Source: a bacterium UBP14_UBA6098
GTDB taxonomy: Bacteria > UBP14 > UBA6098
Direction of reading: 5' to 3'
DNA length: 64,000 nt
Assembly (NCBI GenBank): GCA_002428525.1
Contig: DIWU01000020.1
Location: 4,907-68,906 of the forward strand
Shown: positions 54,003 through 62,068 of the stretch, piece by piece
Layout: the number at the start of each line of letters is the position of its first letter
Numbering within the stretch: position 1 is the stretch's first letter
Made by a program: the position numbers and the translations under genes
The notes under the pieces: model-generated
Database searches by the model: none
Told to the model about the DNA's origin: nothing
The model's input: the letters and a program-made list of their open reading frames with translations, nothing else

Positions 54003-54713
54003 CTACTTCCCAGTGTGAAATTCCGCGTGATGTTTGAGAATTGCCTCGATTTTATTGATCTTGTCATTGGGTATCGCATAAAAACCGACAGGGGGGGGCT
54101 TTTGAAACAGACGATTCAGGACCTCTATGTCCCGCTGGTCGAGAGCGATCCCGCCGGAAGCGCATTCGGGGCATAACAACCCGCCGTGCGAGGCGGAGAA
54201 GAAGCCTGCTTGAAAATCGGTCTTGCCGCAAATCGAGCAGGCTTGGATAAATGGCGCGAAGCCGCTCGAAGCAAGCAGGTCGGCGCGGAACTTGAGTTCT
54301 ACGGAGCGAATGCTTTCGACCTCGCAGGTTGAGATATTTTCCAAAGCGGACAGCAAATCCGCCCAAATCGAAGCGGAGATATCCTTCTCGAAGAGGTTTC
54401 GGTCGAGGTGAAGCGCGATTCGAGTGGCGGCCTCCATACGATCGTAATCTTGTTTGATAGAATAGAAATCCTCGATAATCTCCGCGGAGGACAGGATTTG
54501 AATGTCTCGTGTAGATTTCGATAGAACAACGGCTTCGATTCGGTTGAGCGGCTCGAGCGCGGCGGCCAGTCCGCGGTTCGATTTGAAGGCCCGCGCGCCC
54601 TTTGCGATAACGCTGATTTTGCCCTGCTCGCGAGTGAAGAGCGTCGCGATGATGCTCGTATCGCCGAATTTTACCCGTTTCAGGACGATCGAATCGAGGG
54701 AGGCCGGCTCCAT
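54003..54713 (-). CDS. recO: DNA repair protein RecO
   Basis: The start was moved to the ATG at 54713. OB-fold N-terminus VLKRVKFGDTSIIATLFTREQGKISVIAKGAR and zinc motif CSICG..x..CPEC. Confidence 0.85.
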   Translation of the reverse strand: MEPASLDSIVLKRVKFGDTSIIATLFTREQGKISVIAKGARAFKSNRGLAAALEPLNRIEAVVLSKSTRDIQILSSAEIIEDFYSIKQDYDRMEAATRIALHLDRNLFEKDISASIWADLLSALENISTCEVESIRSVELKFRADLLASSGFAPFIQACSICGKTDFQAGFFSASHGGLLCPECASGGIALDQRDIEVLNRLFQKPPPVGFYAIPNDKINKIEAILKHHAEFHTGK

Positions 54714-54717
54714 GAGA

Positions 54718-55404
54718 CTATTTAGTGTTCGTCGTAACTTGTTGCTTTGTAGAAGCTTCGGTTTCCACCTCGTCGCCACGGACCTTATCGATTTGTTGCA
54801 TGATCACAGTCTGAATCTCAGTGAATCTCGCTTCGACAAGCTTAATTTCCGCCTCGGTCAGGCCGGCGGGCAGTTGCGTTTTCAGCATCTTCGCGGCCTC
54901 GAGCTCGGAGATCGCCTGTGCCAGTTGGGTCTTCAGCTCCTCGTCGGTTTCGGGTTCGGCGGCCTTGGACTTCAGTTCGGCGATCTTGATATCGATCTGC
55001 TCGGTTGAGATCCCCTCGGCGCGTTGCTTCTGGTTGAGGTAATACGTCGAGTAAAGGATTTTCTGGTAGATGATATTGAACTGATCCATATCGATCCCGA
55101 GCGCGGCCAATTCGGCCTTAAGCTCCTCGACCGCCTTAGCGCCCTCCGCGCTCTCGACAGGGTTGTCGTGGCGATACTTTAAGAGCGCGTCCTTCCGCGC
55201 GGTCATCTTCTCGAAAACAACCGGATACATCTTGACAAACTCGTCGATTCGCTCGTTTGTCAGGAGTGGGATATCCTTCGGCATCTCAGCCTGTTCCTCG
55301 GTCTTCTGCTCGACGCCCCCAGCATCCGATTTGGCCTTAGAGCAGGCGAGAAATATCAGCATGAAAACAACACAAAGACATGCTAAGACATGTATTCTTT
55401 TCAT
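54718..55404 (-). CDS. Acidic lipoprotein, hypothetical (paralog of 15684-16352)
   Basis: ATG at 55404 (GGAG upstream) with lipobox IFLACS. It shares blocks with the 15684-16352 product (see findings). Confidence 0.7.
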   Translation of the reverse strand: MKRIHVLACLCVVFMLIFLACSKAKSDAGGVEQKTEEQAEMPKDIPLLTNERIDEFVKMYPVVFEKMTARKDALLKYRHDNPVESAEGAKAVEELKAELAALGIDMDQFNIIYQKILYSTYYLNQKQRAEGISTEQIDIKIAELKSKAAEPETDEELKTQLAQAISELEAAKMLKTQLPAGLTEAEIKLVEARFTEIQTVIMQQIDKVRGDEVETEASTKQQVTTNTK

Positions 55405-55417
55405 AGGTTTCTCCATA

Positions 55418-56725
55418 CTATGGGTTCAATCTATAAATCATTCTCGGGAAGGGGATAGCCTCCCGAATATGGTTGATTCCGCATATCCACGCCACTGTCC
55501 GCTCGATTCCGAGGCCGAAGCCCGAATGAGGCACGGAGCCGTAACGGCGTAAATCGAGATACCAGCTGTAGGCTTTCTCGGGGAGCCCCTCCTCGCGGAT
55601 TCGCGCGACGAGCTTGTCGATATCCTCTTCGCGCTGGCTTCCGCCGATAATCTCGCCGTAACCGTCCGGCGCGATCAGGTCGGAGCATTTAACGAGTTCG
55701 GGGCGCTCGGGATGCTGTTTCATATAGAACGCCTTGATTTTCTTAGGATAATCGTAGATAAACACGGGCGTCGCGAAATTTTCGGAGATGACTGTCTCCG
55801 CCGCGCCGCCGATATCGTCGCCCCAAGCGATCTCATGGCCCTTCGAGCGAAGCAGTTCCACCGCTTCGTCGTAGGAGATTCGTCCGAAAGGCTTGGCCGG
55901 GTCAATCGAGGCAAGCAGTTTATCGATATCGCGCTCCAAAAGCTCGAGCTCCGGCCGGCAGGCCTCGACTGTCCGCGAGATGATCGCGCGGATGAAGTCC
56001 TCCTGAAGGTCCATGTTGTCGTTGCTGTCGTAAAAGGCCTCCTCGACATCGACCATCCAGAATTCGGTAAGATGACGGCGCGTCTTGGATTTCTCCGCGC
56101 GGAATGTCGGGCCGAAATCGTAAACGAGGTTGTGCGCGAACATCGCCGCTTCGAGGTATAGCTGGCCGGTCTGCGCGAGATAGGCCTTGCCGAGGTCGAA
56201 ATACTTCGTCTCGAAAAGCGTTTGGCCCTCCTCGCCGATCGAGCCGGTCAGAATCGGTGTGTCGATGAGCGTGAAACCGCGCTCGTTCAGAAAATTGCGC
56301 AGGGCTAAAACCAGCGCGTTTCTGACCTTGATGATCGCCCATTGGCGACTGCTTCTCAGCCAAAGATGGCGATTATCCAGCAGAAACTCCGAGCCGTGCT
56401 CCTTCGGCTGAATCGGGTAATCCTCGGCGATCTGTAAAATCTCAAGATCGCGGACGCCCATCTCGAAGCCGCCGACAGCGCGAGGCTCCTCGCGAATCGT
56501 GCCGGTGATTATGATCGAGGACTCCTGCGTAAGCTTGTCGAAAGCCTCGAAAGCCGAGTCCGGCGTTTCGCCCTTGACCATAACACACTGAATCATGCCG
56601 GTGCCGTCGCGCGCAACGACGAACTTCACCTTGCCGTGCCCGCGGGTGCTGTAAACCCAACCGCGGACAGAGACCTCTTGGCCTGCGTAGTCTTTCGCGT
56701 CGCGAATGTAGAACCTTTTTTCCAT
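55418..56725 (-). CDS. asnS: Asparagine--tRNA ligase
   Basis: 435 aa with LDNRHLWLRS, FRAEKSKTRRHLTEFWM, KAFYMK and YGSVPHSGFGLGIER blocks typical of AsnRS. Confidence 0.9.
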   Translation of the reverse strand: MEKRFYIRDAKDYAGQEVSVRGWVYSTRGHGKVKFVVARDGTGMIQCVMVKGETPDSAFEAFDKLTQESSIIITGTIREEPRAVGGFEMGVRDLEILQIAEDYPIQPKEHGSEFLLDNRHLWLRSSRQWAIIKVRNALVLALRNFLNERGFTLIDTPILTGSIGEEGQTLFETKYFDLGKAYLAQTGQLYLEAAMFAHNLVYDFGPTFRAEKSKTRRHLTEFWMVDVEEAFYDSNDNMDLQEDFIRAIISRTVEACRPELELLERDIDKLLASIDPAKPFGRISYDEAVELLRSKGHEIAWGDDIGGAAETVISENFATPVFIYDYPKKIKAFYMKQHPERPELVKCSDLIAPDGYGEIIGGSQREEDIDKLVARIREEGLPEKAYSWYLDLRRYGSVPHSGFGLGIERTVAWICGINHIREAIPFPRMIYRLNP

Positions 56726-56810
56726 ATCAAACCTCTTTGTTTTTTCGGGAAACGCTTCAATATAAGTGTTCTTAAGCGAATGTCAATATGGGTTTTAGGT
56801 TATATGAAAA

Positions 56811-56870
56811 GGTAAAGAGTAAAGGGTGAAGGGTAAAAGGCATTACACGAAGGCGTGATGTAATCGCCAA
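56811..56870 (+). repeat. Composite repeat copy 1: four heptads (GGTAAAG type) plus a conserved 32-nt hairpin-forming element
   Basis: ggtaaag agtaaag ggtgaag ggtaaaa (56811-56838), then ggcattacacgaaggcgtgatgtaatcgccaa (56839-56870). Confidence 0.8.
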
Positions 56871-56886
56871 ATCATGTTCATGTCAT

Positions 56887-56902
56887 TCCCGCGAAAGCGG
56901 GA
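56887..56902 (+). other. 6-bp stem with a GAAA tetraloop
   Basis: tcccgc-gaaa-gcggga is a perfect stem closing a GNRA-type loop. Confidence 0.6.
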
Positions 56903-56959
56903 AACCACTCTGTAGGGACGCTCGGCTGTGCGCTTCTTTTTTGTGCCAAATTCCTGTAG

Positions 56960-56988
56960 GGGCGCGGTCTTAGACCCGCCCGTTTTTT
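56960..56988 (+). terminator. Terminator-like hairpin plus T6 on the + strand
   Basis: gggcg(c)ggtc-tta-gacc-cgccc is followed by g-tttttt. No + strand protein gene lies upstream. Confidence 0.4.
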
Positions 56989-56989
56989 A

Positions 56990-57049
56990 GGTTCTGGGTT
57001 ATTGGTTATAGGTTATGGGCATTACATGATGGCGTGATGTAATCGCCAA
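56990..57049 (+). repeat. Composite repeat copy 2: four heptads (GGTTATN type) plus the conserved 32-nt element
   Basis: ggttctg ggttatt ggttata ggttatg (56990-57017), then ggcattacatgatggcgtgatgtaatcgccaa (57018-57049). It differs from copy 1 at 2 nt over the 32-mer. Confidence 0.8.
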
Positions 57050-57074
57050 TTAGCCGCCGCACAAAATTCCGTAG

Positions 57075-57101
57075 GGGAAGGGCTTGTCCCTTCCCGTTTT
57101 T
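57075..57101 (+). terminator. Terminator-like hairpin plus T5 on the + strand
   Basis: gggaaggg (57075-57082) pairs perfectly with cccttccc (57088-57095) across a 5-nt loop, then g-ttttt. Confidence 0.45.
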
Positions 57102-57436
57102 ATAGCGGGGCTTCGATACGGCTTCGCTTACTCAGCCCTCGGGCGCGGCCGCCCTGTTCGCCCGTAAAAAACTTTCAACAATTACATTTTTTTCTTGACA
57201 GGAAGCTATCGTCATGTTTTCTTGTAAGTGCTATGGATATTATCATAGAGAATGAGCGGGTATTTTTGAACTCGAACATCGAGTTAATGACTAATGATGA
57301 AATCAGAATGCCTAACCAAGCCCTAAATCCTAATGACCAAAGAAGTCCATAGCCGAGGGCTTTTAGGGTTTTAGGCATTAGGATTTGCTTAGACATTCGA
57401 GCTTAGACATTAGGATTTTAAAAAGGATTTCTAATT

Positions 57437-58363
57437 ATGAACATTATCGTAGAAAACAATCAGGTAATAATCGACTTGACCGAACCGGAGTTCTCGGCAT
57501 TCTCCGCGATGTTTGCAAACCTCGGGATAAACCACTGGATAATTATTGAAGGGCTGGACTGGCCAAGCGGATCGCCTTTCGGGGCTAAGTTCAAGAGGAA
57601 TATTTTGCCTCTGCACCTATGCCGAACCATCGGCGAGGCCTGTGCGGTGGAACAAGCCGGGCCGCTCGACCTGCTATCGCTGTATCCGTTTTGGAAATAC
57701 GGTTTCTGCTTCTCCGACGAATCCGACCTCAAGCTCGAATTCACCGAAATCGACCCGCACAAAAAAGCCAACCTCGCCGATGAGTTCGGGATGGGGGCGA
57801 CCGCGTGGGCGATGGAGGAGCTTTTCCATTGCGAGGCGTGGTGCGACACCTCGGATGCGCTTTTGCAGTGGGAGGTGGAACAGGTTGGCTCGCGAATGCC
57901 GGATTTCGTGTGCCTTTTTGCCGACGGTTCGTTTGGAGTGTTCGAAGCGAAAGGAACCACCGGCACGGTGGGGACTGCAAAATCGCAGACCGAGGACGGC
58001 AAGGAGCAGACGGTTTGCATACAGCCGAAAAGCGGGACGATCTCGGTGCGGTGCGCCTGCGGAATCTCGCTGGCAAAAACCGGCTCGACATTGATCCTAC
58101 GCGACCCCCCCTCGACTCCGTTCGGGGACCGGCCCTCGAACTCGAACGGGAGCCGGAAAAACCGGTCGTTGAGCGGAGCCGAAACGAACGTTACGGTTGA
58201 CCTCACGCCCGAGGCGATAATTCGCGGGGCGGAGGCGCGCCGGTTCCGCGAGAATATGCTAGGTGACATTTCGGCGATGTTCCGTTGCAATAATAAAGCC
58301 CTCGAACTGGTGCGCAAACCCTTCGTGAAGGACAAGCGGCATGGGTGGCTAGAAATCGGGTAA
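57437..58363 (+). CDS. Hypothetical protein with a candidate PD-(D/E)xK nuclease core
   Basis: 308 aa. AWAMEELFH .. SRMPDFVCLFADGSFGVFEAKGTTG fits the E..PD..(D/E)xK layout. A fully overlapping antisense ORF (57460-58383) is Ser/Arg-rich and judged spurious. GC is host-like (about 62% in a 60-nt spot count). Confidence 0.6.
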   Translation: MNIIVENNQVIIDLTEPEFSAFSAMFANLGINHWIIIEGLDWPSGSPFGAKFKRNILPLHLCRTIGEACAVEQAGPLDLLSLYPFWKYGFCFSDESDLKLEFTEIDPHKKANLADEFGMGATAWAMEELFHCEAWCDTSDALLQWEVEQVGSRMPDFVCLFADGSFGVFEAKGTTGTVGTAKSQTEDGKEQTVCIQPKSGTISVRCACGISLAKTGSTLILRDPPSTPFGDRPSNSNGSRKNRSLSGAETNVTVDLTPEAIIRGAEARRFRENMLGDISAMFRCNNKALELVRKPFVKDKRHGWLEIG

Positions 58364-58460
58364 TTTTTGGGAGCGTAGCGCAAATAGGCCGCAATTTTTC
58401 TTGCGCACCCCCGAAACGCGATTTATATTGTGTAAGACAAATTTTTGAAATGGAGATCGA

Positions 58461-59120
58461 ATGCCAAGTAAAAAGAAACTCACAATCGCACTTCTTAAAA
58501 ACGAAGCTAAAGTTTTTGCAACTGCAGAGTCCACCCATAATGAACCTGCTCTATTTGGCGTTACCGATGGCAAAGCAGTCGGAACATATTTAGAACATAA
58601 ATTCGAGGAATATTTAGATACTATATATAAATATGAAAAAGGCTCATCCGCCAAGGGGATAGACTTACCTGATTTGCACGTGGATATGAAAACAACAAGT
58701 ATAAAACAACCTCAGTCTTCTTGTCCATATAGGGCCGCAAGACAAAAGATATATGGACTTGGGTATTCTTTGCTTATATTCGTTTATAACAAAATCGACG
58801 ATCAAAAAACTCGAACCGGTCGATTGGACATAAAACACACAATTTTTATTGAAAGCGATAGAACTGGGGATTTTCAAACAACAACCGGAATTCAAAAAAT
58901 ATTAGAGAATAACGGAAACATCGACGACCTTATAGCTTTCTTTGAAGAACGAAGATTGCCGGTGGATGAAATAACAGCGCAGGAACTTGCAGAAGAAGTA
59001 TTCTCTAATCCACCGACGATCGGATATTTAACAATTTCTAATGCACTTCAATGGAGGCTTCAATATAATAAAGTTATTCAAGAAGCTGGCAGTGTTACAG
59101 GAATAGATAGGGTATTGTAA
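58461..59120 (+). CDS. Putative type II restriction endonuclease (partner of the adjacent methyltransferase); family not identified
   Basis: 219 aa, low GC (about 33% in a spot count). Its stop abuts the start of the methyltransferase gene (TAAATG). The possible catalytic block is KGIDLPDLHVDMKTTS (D..DxK). The assignment is mainly by context. Confidence 0.5.
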   Translation: MPSKKKLTIALLKNEAKVFATAESTHNEPALFGVTDGKAVGTYLEHKFEEYLDTIYKYEKGSSAKGIDLPDLHVDMKTTSIKQPQSSCPYRAARQKIYGLGYSLLIFVYNKIDDQKTRTGRLDIKHTIFIESDRTGDFQTTTGIQKILENNGNIDDLIAFFEERRLPVDEITAQELAEEVFSNPPTIGYLTISNALQWRLQYNKVIQEAGSVTGIDRVL

Positions 59121-60635
59121 ATGATTAAAGAAAAGGAATTCGGGGATTTTCAAACACCGTTGGGACTTGCTGGAGAAGTAGTCTCGCTGGTTTCAGAAAA
59201 ATATGGAACCCCGGATTCTGTAATCGAACCGACCAGCGGCCTCGGGAGATTTATCGAAGCGGCTTTGGGCGTTTGGGGTGATAAGGCGAATTACACAGGC
59301 TACGAAATCAATCCCGTTTATTGCGCAAATGCAAAGAAACGATTCTTGGGTATTGACAATGTCAAGATAGAAGAACGGGATATACTAACAAACGAAATAT
59401 CTCGATTCTATCCGACAAAAAATGGCGGTTATACATTGATAATAGGAAATCCGCCTTGGGTTACGAACTCGATGCTTGGTTCTTTGGATAGCGATAACCT
59501 GCCGGAAAAATCCAATTTTCAGGGCTTGCGTGGTTTCGACGCCAAGACAGGCAAAGCGAATTTCGATATTGCAGAGTGGATTATAATTCGTCTTTTCGAG
59601 AATATGCCCTCCGACGGTGTTCTTGCGATGCTCTGCAAGTCGGCCACCGCGCGGCGCGTCCTCGTCCATTTATGGAACCTCGGCTTATCCCTGAGCGACG
59701 AAGGTCTTTATCTAATAGACGCGAAAAAATCCTTCAATGTCGCGGTCGATGCCTGTTTACTGGTTCTCCGCAAGGCGGGAAAAAGCGATAAAACCGCCGC
59801 TGTCTATGGAAATCTTCAAGCCACCAAGCCGATCAGCAGGTTCGGTATTATTAACGGCAATTTAATAGCGAACATCGACGACTATCGAAAGTTCGCCGAC
59901 CTCGACGGTTATTCGACATACAACTGGCGCTCAGGGATCAAACACGACGCCGCCCGAATTATGGAACTCACGCCGGTCGAAGGCGGATACAAAAACGGCC
60001 TCGGAGAAATTATCGAGCTGGAAAACGATTTCGTATATCCGCTTTTAAAATCTTCCGATTTGGGCAACGGCCACTCGAAACCGCGCAGGTATGTGATCGT
60101 TCCGCAACGAAGGGTCGGGCAGGATACTGCGAAAATCGAATGTATCGCGCCGAAAACATGGGATTATTTAAAAAGGCACGCCGATATTCTGGATGCCCGG
60201 AAAAGCTCGATTTATCGCAACATGCCGCGTTTCTCGGTGTTTGGAATCGGTGATTACAGTTTCGCGCTTTGGAAAGTAGCGATTTCCGGGCTTTATAAGC
60301 GAATAAATTTTGTCATTGTGCCGCCGGTCGAGGGCAAACCTACTATGCTCGACGACACCTGCTATTTCATCCCTTGCGGCTCGGAGGAGGAGGCCGAGTT
60401 CTGGCAAAACGAGTTGAATTCGGAGGACTGTGTTAAGTTTCTAAGTTCGCTGGTTTTTTTCGATGCCAAACGCCCTGTCAGTATCGAAATTTTGAGGCGA
60501 ATCGACTTTCCGACGCTGGCGAAAATGCACGGCGTTCTCTCGCAAGCGAGAAAATACCTTAGCCTCGCTTCGAGCTACGAGAACGCCCGTCAGACAACGC
60601 TAATGTTCACAACGGAAAAGGCGCGTGCGATATAA
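59121..60635 (+). CDS. N6-adenine DNA methyltransferase, gamma-class (Eco57I/TaqI-like fold) with a C-terminal target-recognition region
   Basis: 504 aa with FGDFQTPLGLAGEVV, motif I VIEPTSGLGRF and motif IV LIIGNPPWV. Confidence 0.85.
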   Translation: MIKEKEFGDFQTPLGLAGEVVSLVSEKYGTPDSVIEPTSGLGRFIEAALGVWGDKANYTGYEINPVYCANAKKRFLGIDNVKIEERDILTNEISRFYPTKNGGYTLIIGNPPWVTNSMLGSLDSDNLPEKSNFQGLRGFDAKTGKANFDIAEWIIIRLFENMPSDGVLAMLCKSATARRVLVHLWNLGLSLSDEGLYLIDAKKSFNVAVDACLLVLRKAGKSDKTAAVYGNLQATKPISRFGIINGNLIANIDDYRKFADLDGYSTYNWRSGIKHDAARIMELTPVEGGYKNGLGEIIELENDFVYPLLKSSDLGNGHSKPRRYVIVPQRRVGQDTAKIECIAPKTWDYLKRHADILDARKSSIYRNMPRFSVFGIGDYSFALWKVAISGLYKRINFVIVPPVEGKPTMLDDTCYFIPCGSEEEAEFWQNELNSEDCVKFLSSLVFFDAKRPVSIEILRRIDFPTLAKMHGVLSQARKYLSLASSYENARQTTLMFTTEKARAI

Positions 60636-60642
60636 ACCCCCG

Positions 60643-60783
60643 CCTCACCGCCGAGGAGATTAAGATAGTGGAAGGGAAATGAGAGAAGGGAAAACCCTCG
60701 CAAATCGACACGGGGATTAGAGAACTGCCGGAGGAATAATTGTTGACCGAAAAAGAAGGTTTTATTATATTGGTAAAGGCCAA
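60643..60783 (+). repeat. Direct repeat DR1 (141 nt)
   Basis: By hand alignment it matches 63008-63148 with about 8 mismatches, and the last 59 nt are identical. It starts with a gene-tail remnant ..LTAEEIKIVEGK-stop. Confidence 0.85.
60743..60771 (+). promoter_or_regulatory. Sigma70-like promoter candidate carried inside DR1 (identical copy inside DR2 at about 63108-63136)
   Basis: TTGACC (60743-60748), a 17-nt spacer, then TATATT (60766-60771), reading rightwards towards the ATG at 60811. Confidence 0.35.
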
Positions 60784-60810
60784 TTGCATAGAAAAAAAGG
60801 AACATAGCTA

Positions 60811-61218
60811 ATGTCAAACGAAGACCTCATAAAAGCCAAAAACGCCAAAAAGGACAAGTTCTATACCCAGCTTCAAGACATCGAGAACGAACTCAAGCAC
60901 TACACCGAGCATTTCAAGGGCAAAACGGTCTTCTGCAACTGCGACGACCCGCGCATGAGCAACTTCTTTTACTATTTCGCCTATAACTTCGAGCACCTCG
61001 GCCAGAAAAAGCTCATAACCACCTGCTACAAGAACGACACGCCCGACCTCTTCAGCAAGCACGACAAGGAAAAGGCGATTTACCTCGAATACACCGGCGA
61101 TAAAGACGGCGACAAAACCCCCAGCGCCGAAGAAATAGGCATACGGCACCTCGAAGGCGACGGCGATTTCCGAAGCCCCGAATGTTATTGCGAGTGGGTT
61201 GAAATAGTGTATATTTGA
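60811..61218 (+). pseudogene. N-terminal fragment of an EcoRI-family (EcoRI_methylase-like) adenine methyltransferase, truncated before the NPPF motif
   Basis: 135 aa. KKDKFYTQLQDIENELKHYTEHFKGKTVFCNCDDPRMSNFFYYF..LGQKKLITTCY..LEGDGDFRSPEC matches my recollection of this family's N-terminus. The ORF then stops where DIVVTNPPF normally follows. Confidence 0.65.
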
Positions 61219-61240
61219 TTTGAAAATAAATTGGAGTTTA

Positions 61241-62068
61241 ATGAAGAATAAAAAGAGATTTGAAAGCGCTTTGAAAAAATTTGTGGCTACACTAGCCGAA
61301 TATGTCAGCACAAAAGATGGCGAATGGGCGATTAAAGGCTTTATCGATATTTATAGAAGCGTTTATACGATCTCAAGCGATACAAAGGTTATCTCCAAAA
61401 TATTAGAAATCCATTTATTTCCAAGGATTTTGGCTTTCGCTGAGGAATATGGGTTTGCATTAGTATTAGCTGAACATCAGAATTATTACCCAGACATTTC
61501 TTTTGTATTGAAAAAAGACGAAACGGTTCGGTTTGCTGTCGATTTTAAAACTACATATCGAAACTCGGGGAAACCGTGGCTATGCAACGGCTTTACACTC
61601 GGCTCTCACGGTGAATACTTCAGGAATAGGACAAGCACAAAGAACATCCAGTTCCCCTATAGTAGCTATTCCGGGCATTTCTGTTTGGGAATAATATACG
61701 ACCGCGCGACAAACGCCTCGGTTGACGAAACACACACGCACCCTATCGACGACCTTCAGTCTATTTCCTCCGTGATTTCAAATATACAGTTCTTTGTTGC
61801 GGAAAAATGGAAGATCGCCGGGGATAAAGGCGGTTCAGGAAATACTGCCAACATTGGTAGCATAAGCCGAATAGAGGATATTCTTAACGGAAACGGGATG
61901 TTCGCTAAACTCGGCGAAGATTGGTTCGACGATTATTGGATGAACTTCGGGAAAATAACGATAAAAGGGCCGGACGGTAAGACCAAGAAAATAAATTCGC
62001 TTCAGGAATTTGTGGTCTATCGTGGAGGCGATCCGTCCCTTATTGTGGCGAGGAATAACCAAGAATGA
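61241..62068 (+). CDS. Type II restriction endonuclease, EcoRV family
   Basis: Collinear with R.EcoRV as I recall it: [23 protein letters not shown] (PD), FAVDFKTTY (DxK), [34 protein letters not shown] and DDYWMNF. ATG at 61241 follows GGAG (the ORF track starts at the TTG at 61220). Confidence 0.9.
   Translation: MKNKKRFESALKKFVATLAEYVSTKDGEWAIKGFIDIYRSVYTISSDTKVISKILEIHLFPRILAFAEEYGFALVLAEHQNYYPDISFVLKKDETVRFAVDFKTTYRNSGKPWLCNGFTLGSHGEYFRNRTSTKNIQFPYSSYSGHFCLGIIYDRATNASVDETHTHPIDDLQSISSVISNIQFFVAEKWKIAGDKGGSGNTANIGSISRIEDILNGNGMFAKLGEDWFDDYWMNFGKITIKGPDGKTKKINSLQEFVVYRGGDPSLIVARNNQE

Noticed and set aside
56790-57420. Possible CRISPR array or tRNA gene in the repeat-rich spacer
   Set aside because: The repeats are 7-nt degenerate units and two 32-mers about 180 nt apart, not regularly spaced 25-40 nt repeats with unique spacers. 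I could not fold any approximately 75-nt segment into a cloverleaf with T-loop (GTTCRA) and anticodon features.
57460-58383. 307-aa ORF antisense to the 57437-58363 gene
   Set aside because: It is Ser/Arg-rich and low-complexity, with no start context. The + strand product has a balanced composition and a PD-(D/E)xK-like motif, though the choice is less secure than for the known-family genes.
58461-60635. Naming the first R-M pair as XhoI/PaeR7I-like on the basis of the NPPW motif and protein sizes
   Set aside because: My memory of those sequences is too weak, and motif IV variants are not family-specific. Specificity is left open pending a REBASE search.
60590-60817. 75-aa minus-strand ORF, and the 144-aa ORF at 62838-63272, sharing FFFGQQLFLRQF.NPRV.LR.FSLLSFPFHYL
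   Set aside because: The shared peptide is simply the antisense translation of the DR1/DR2 direct repeat. No RBS or family similarity was found.
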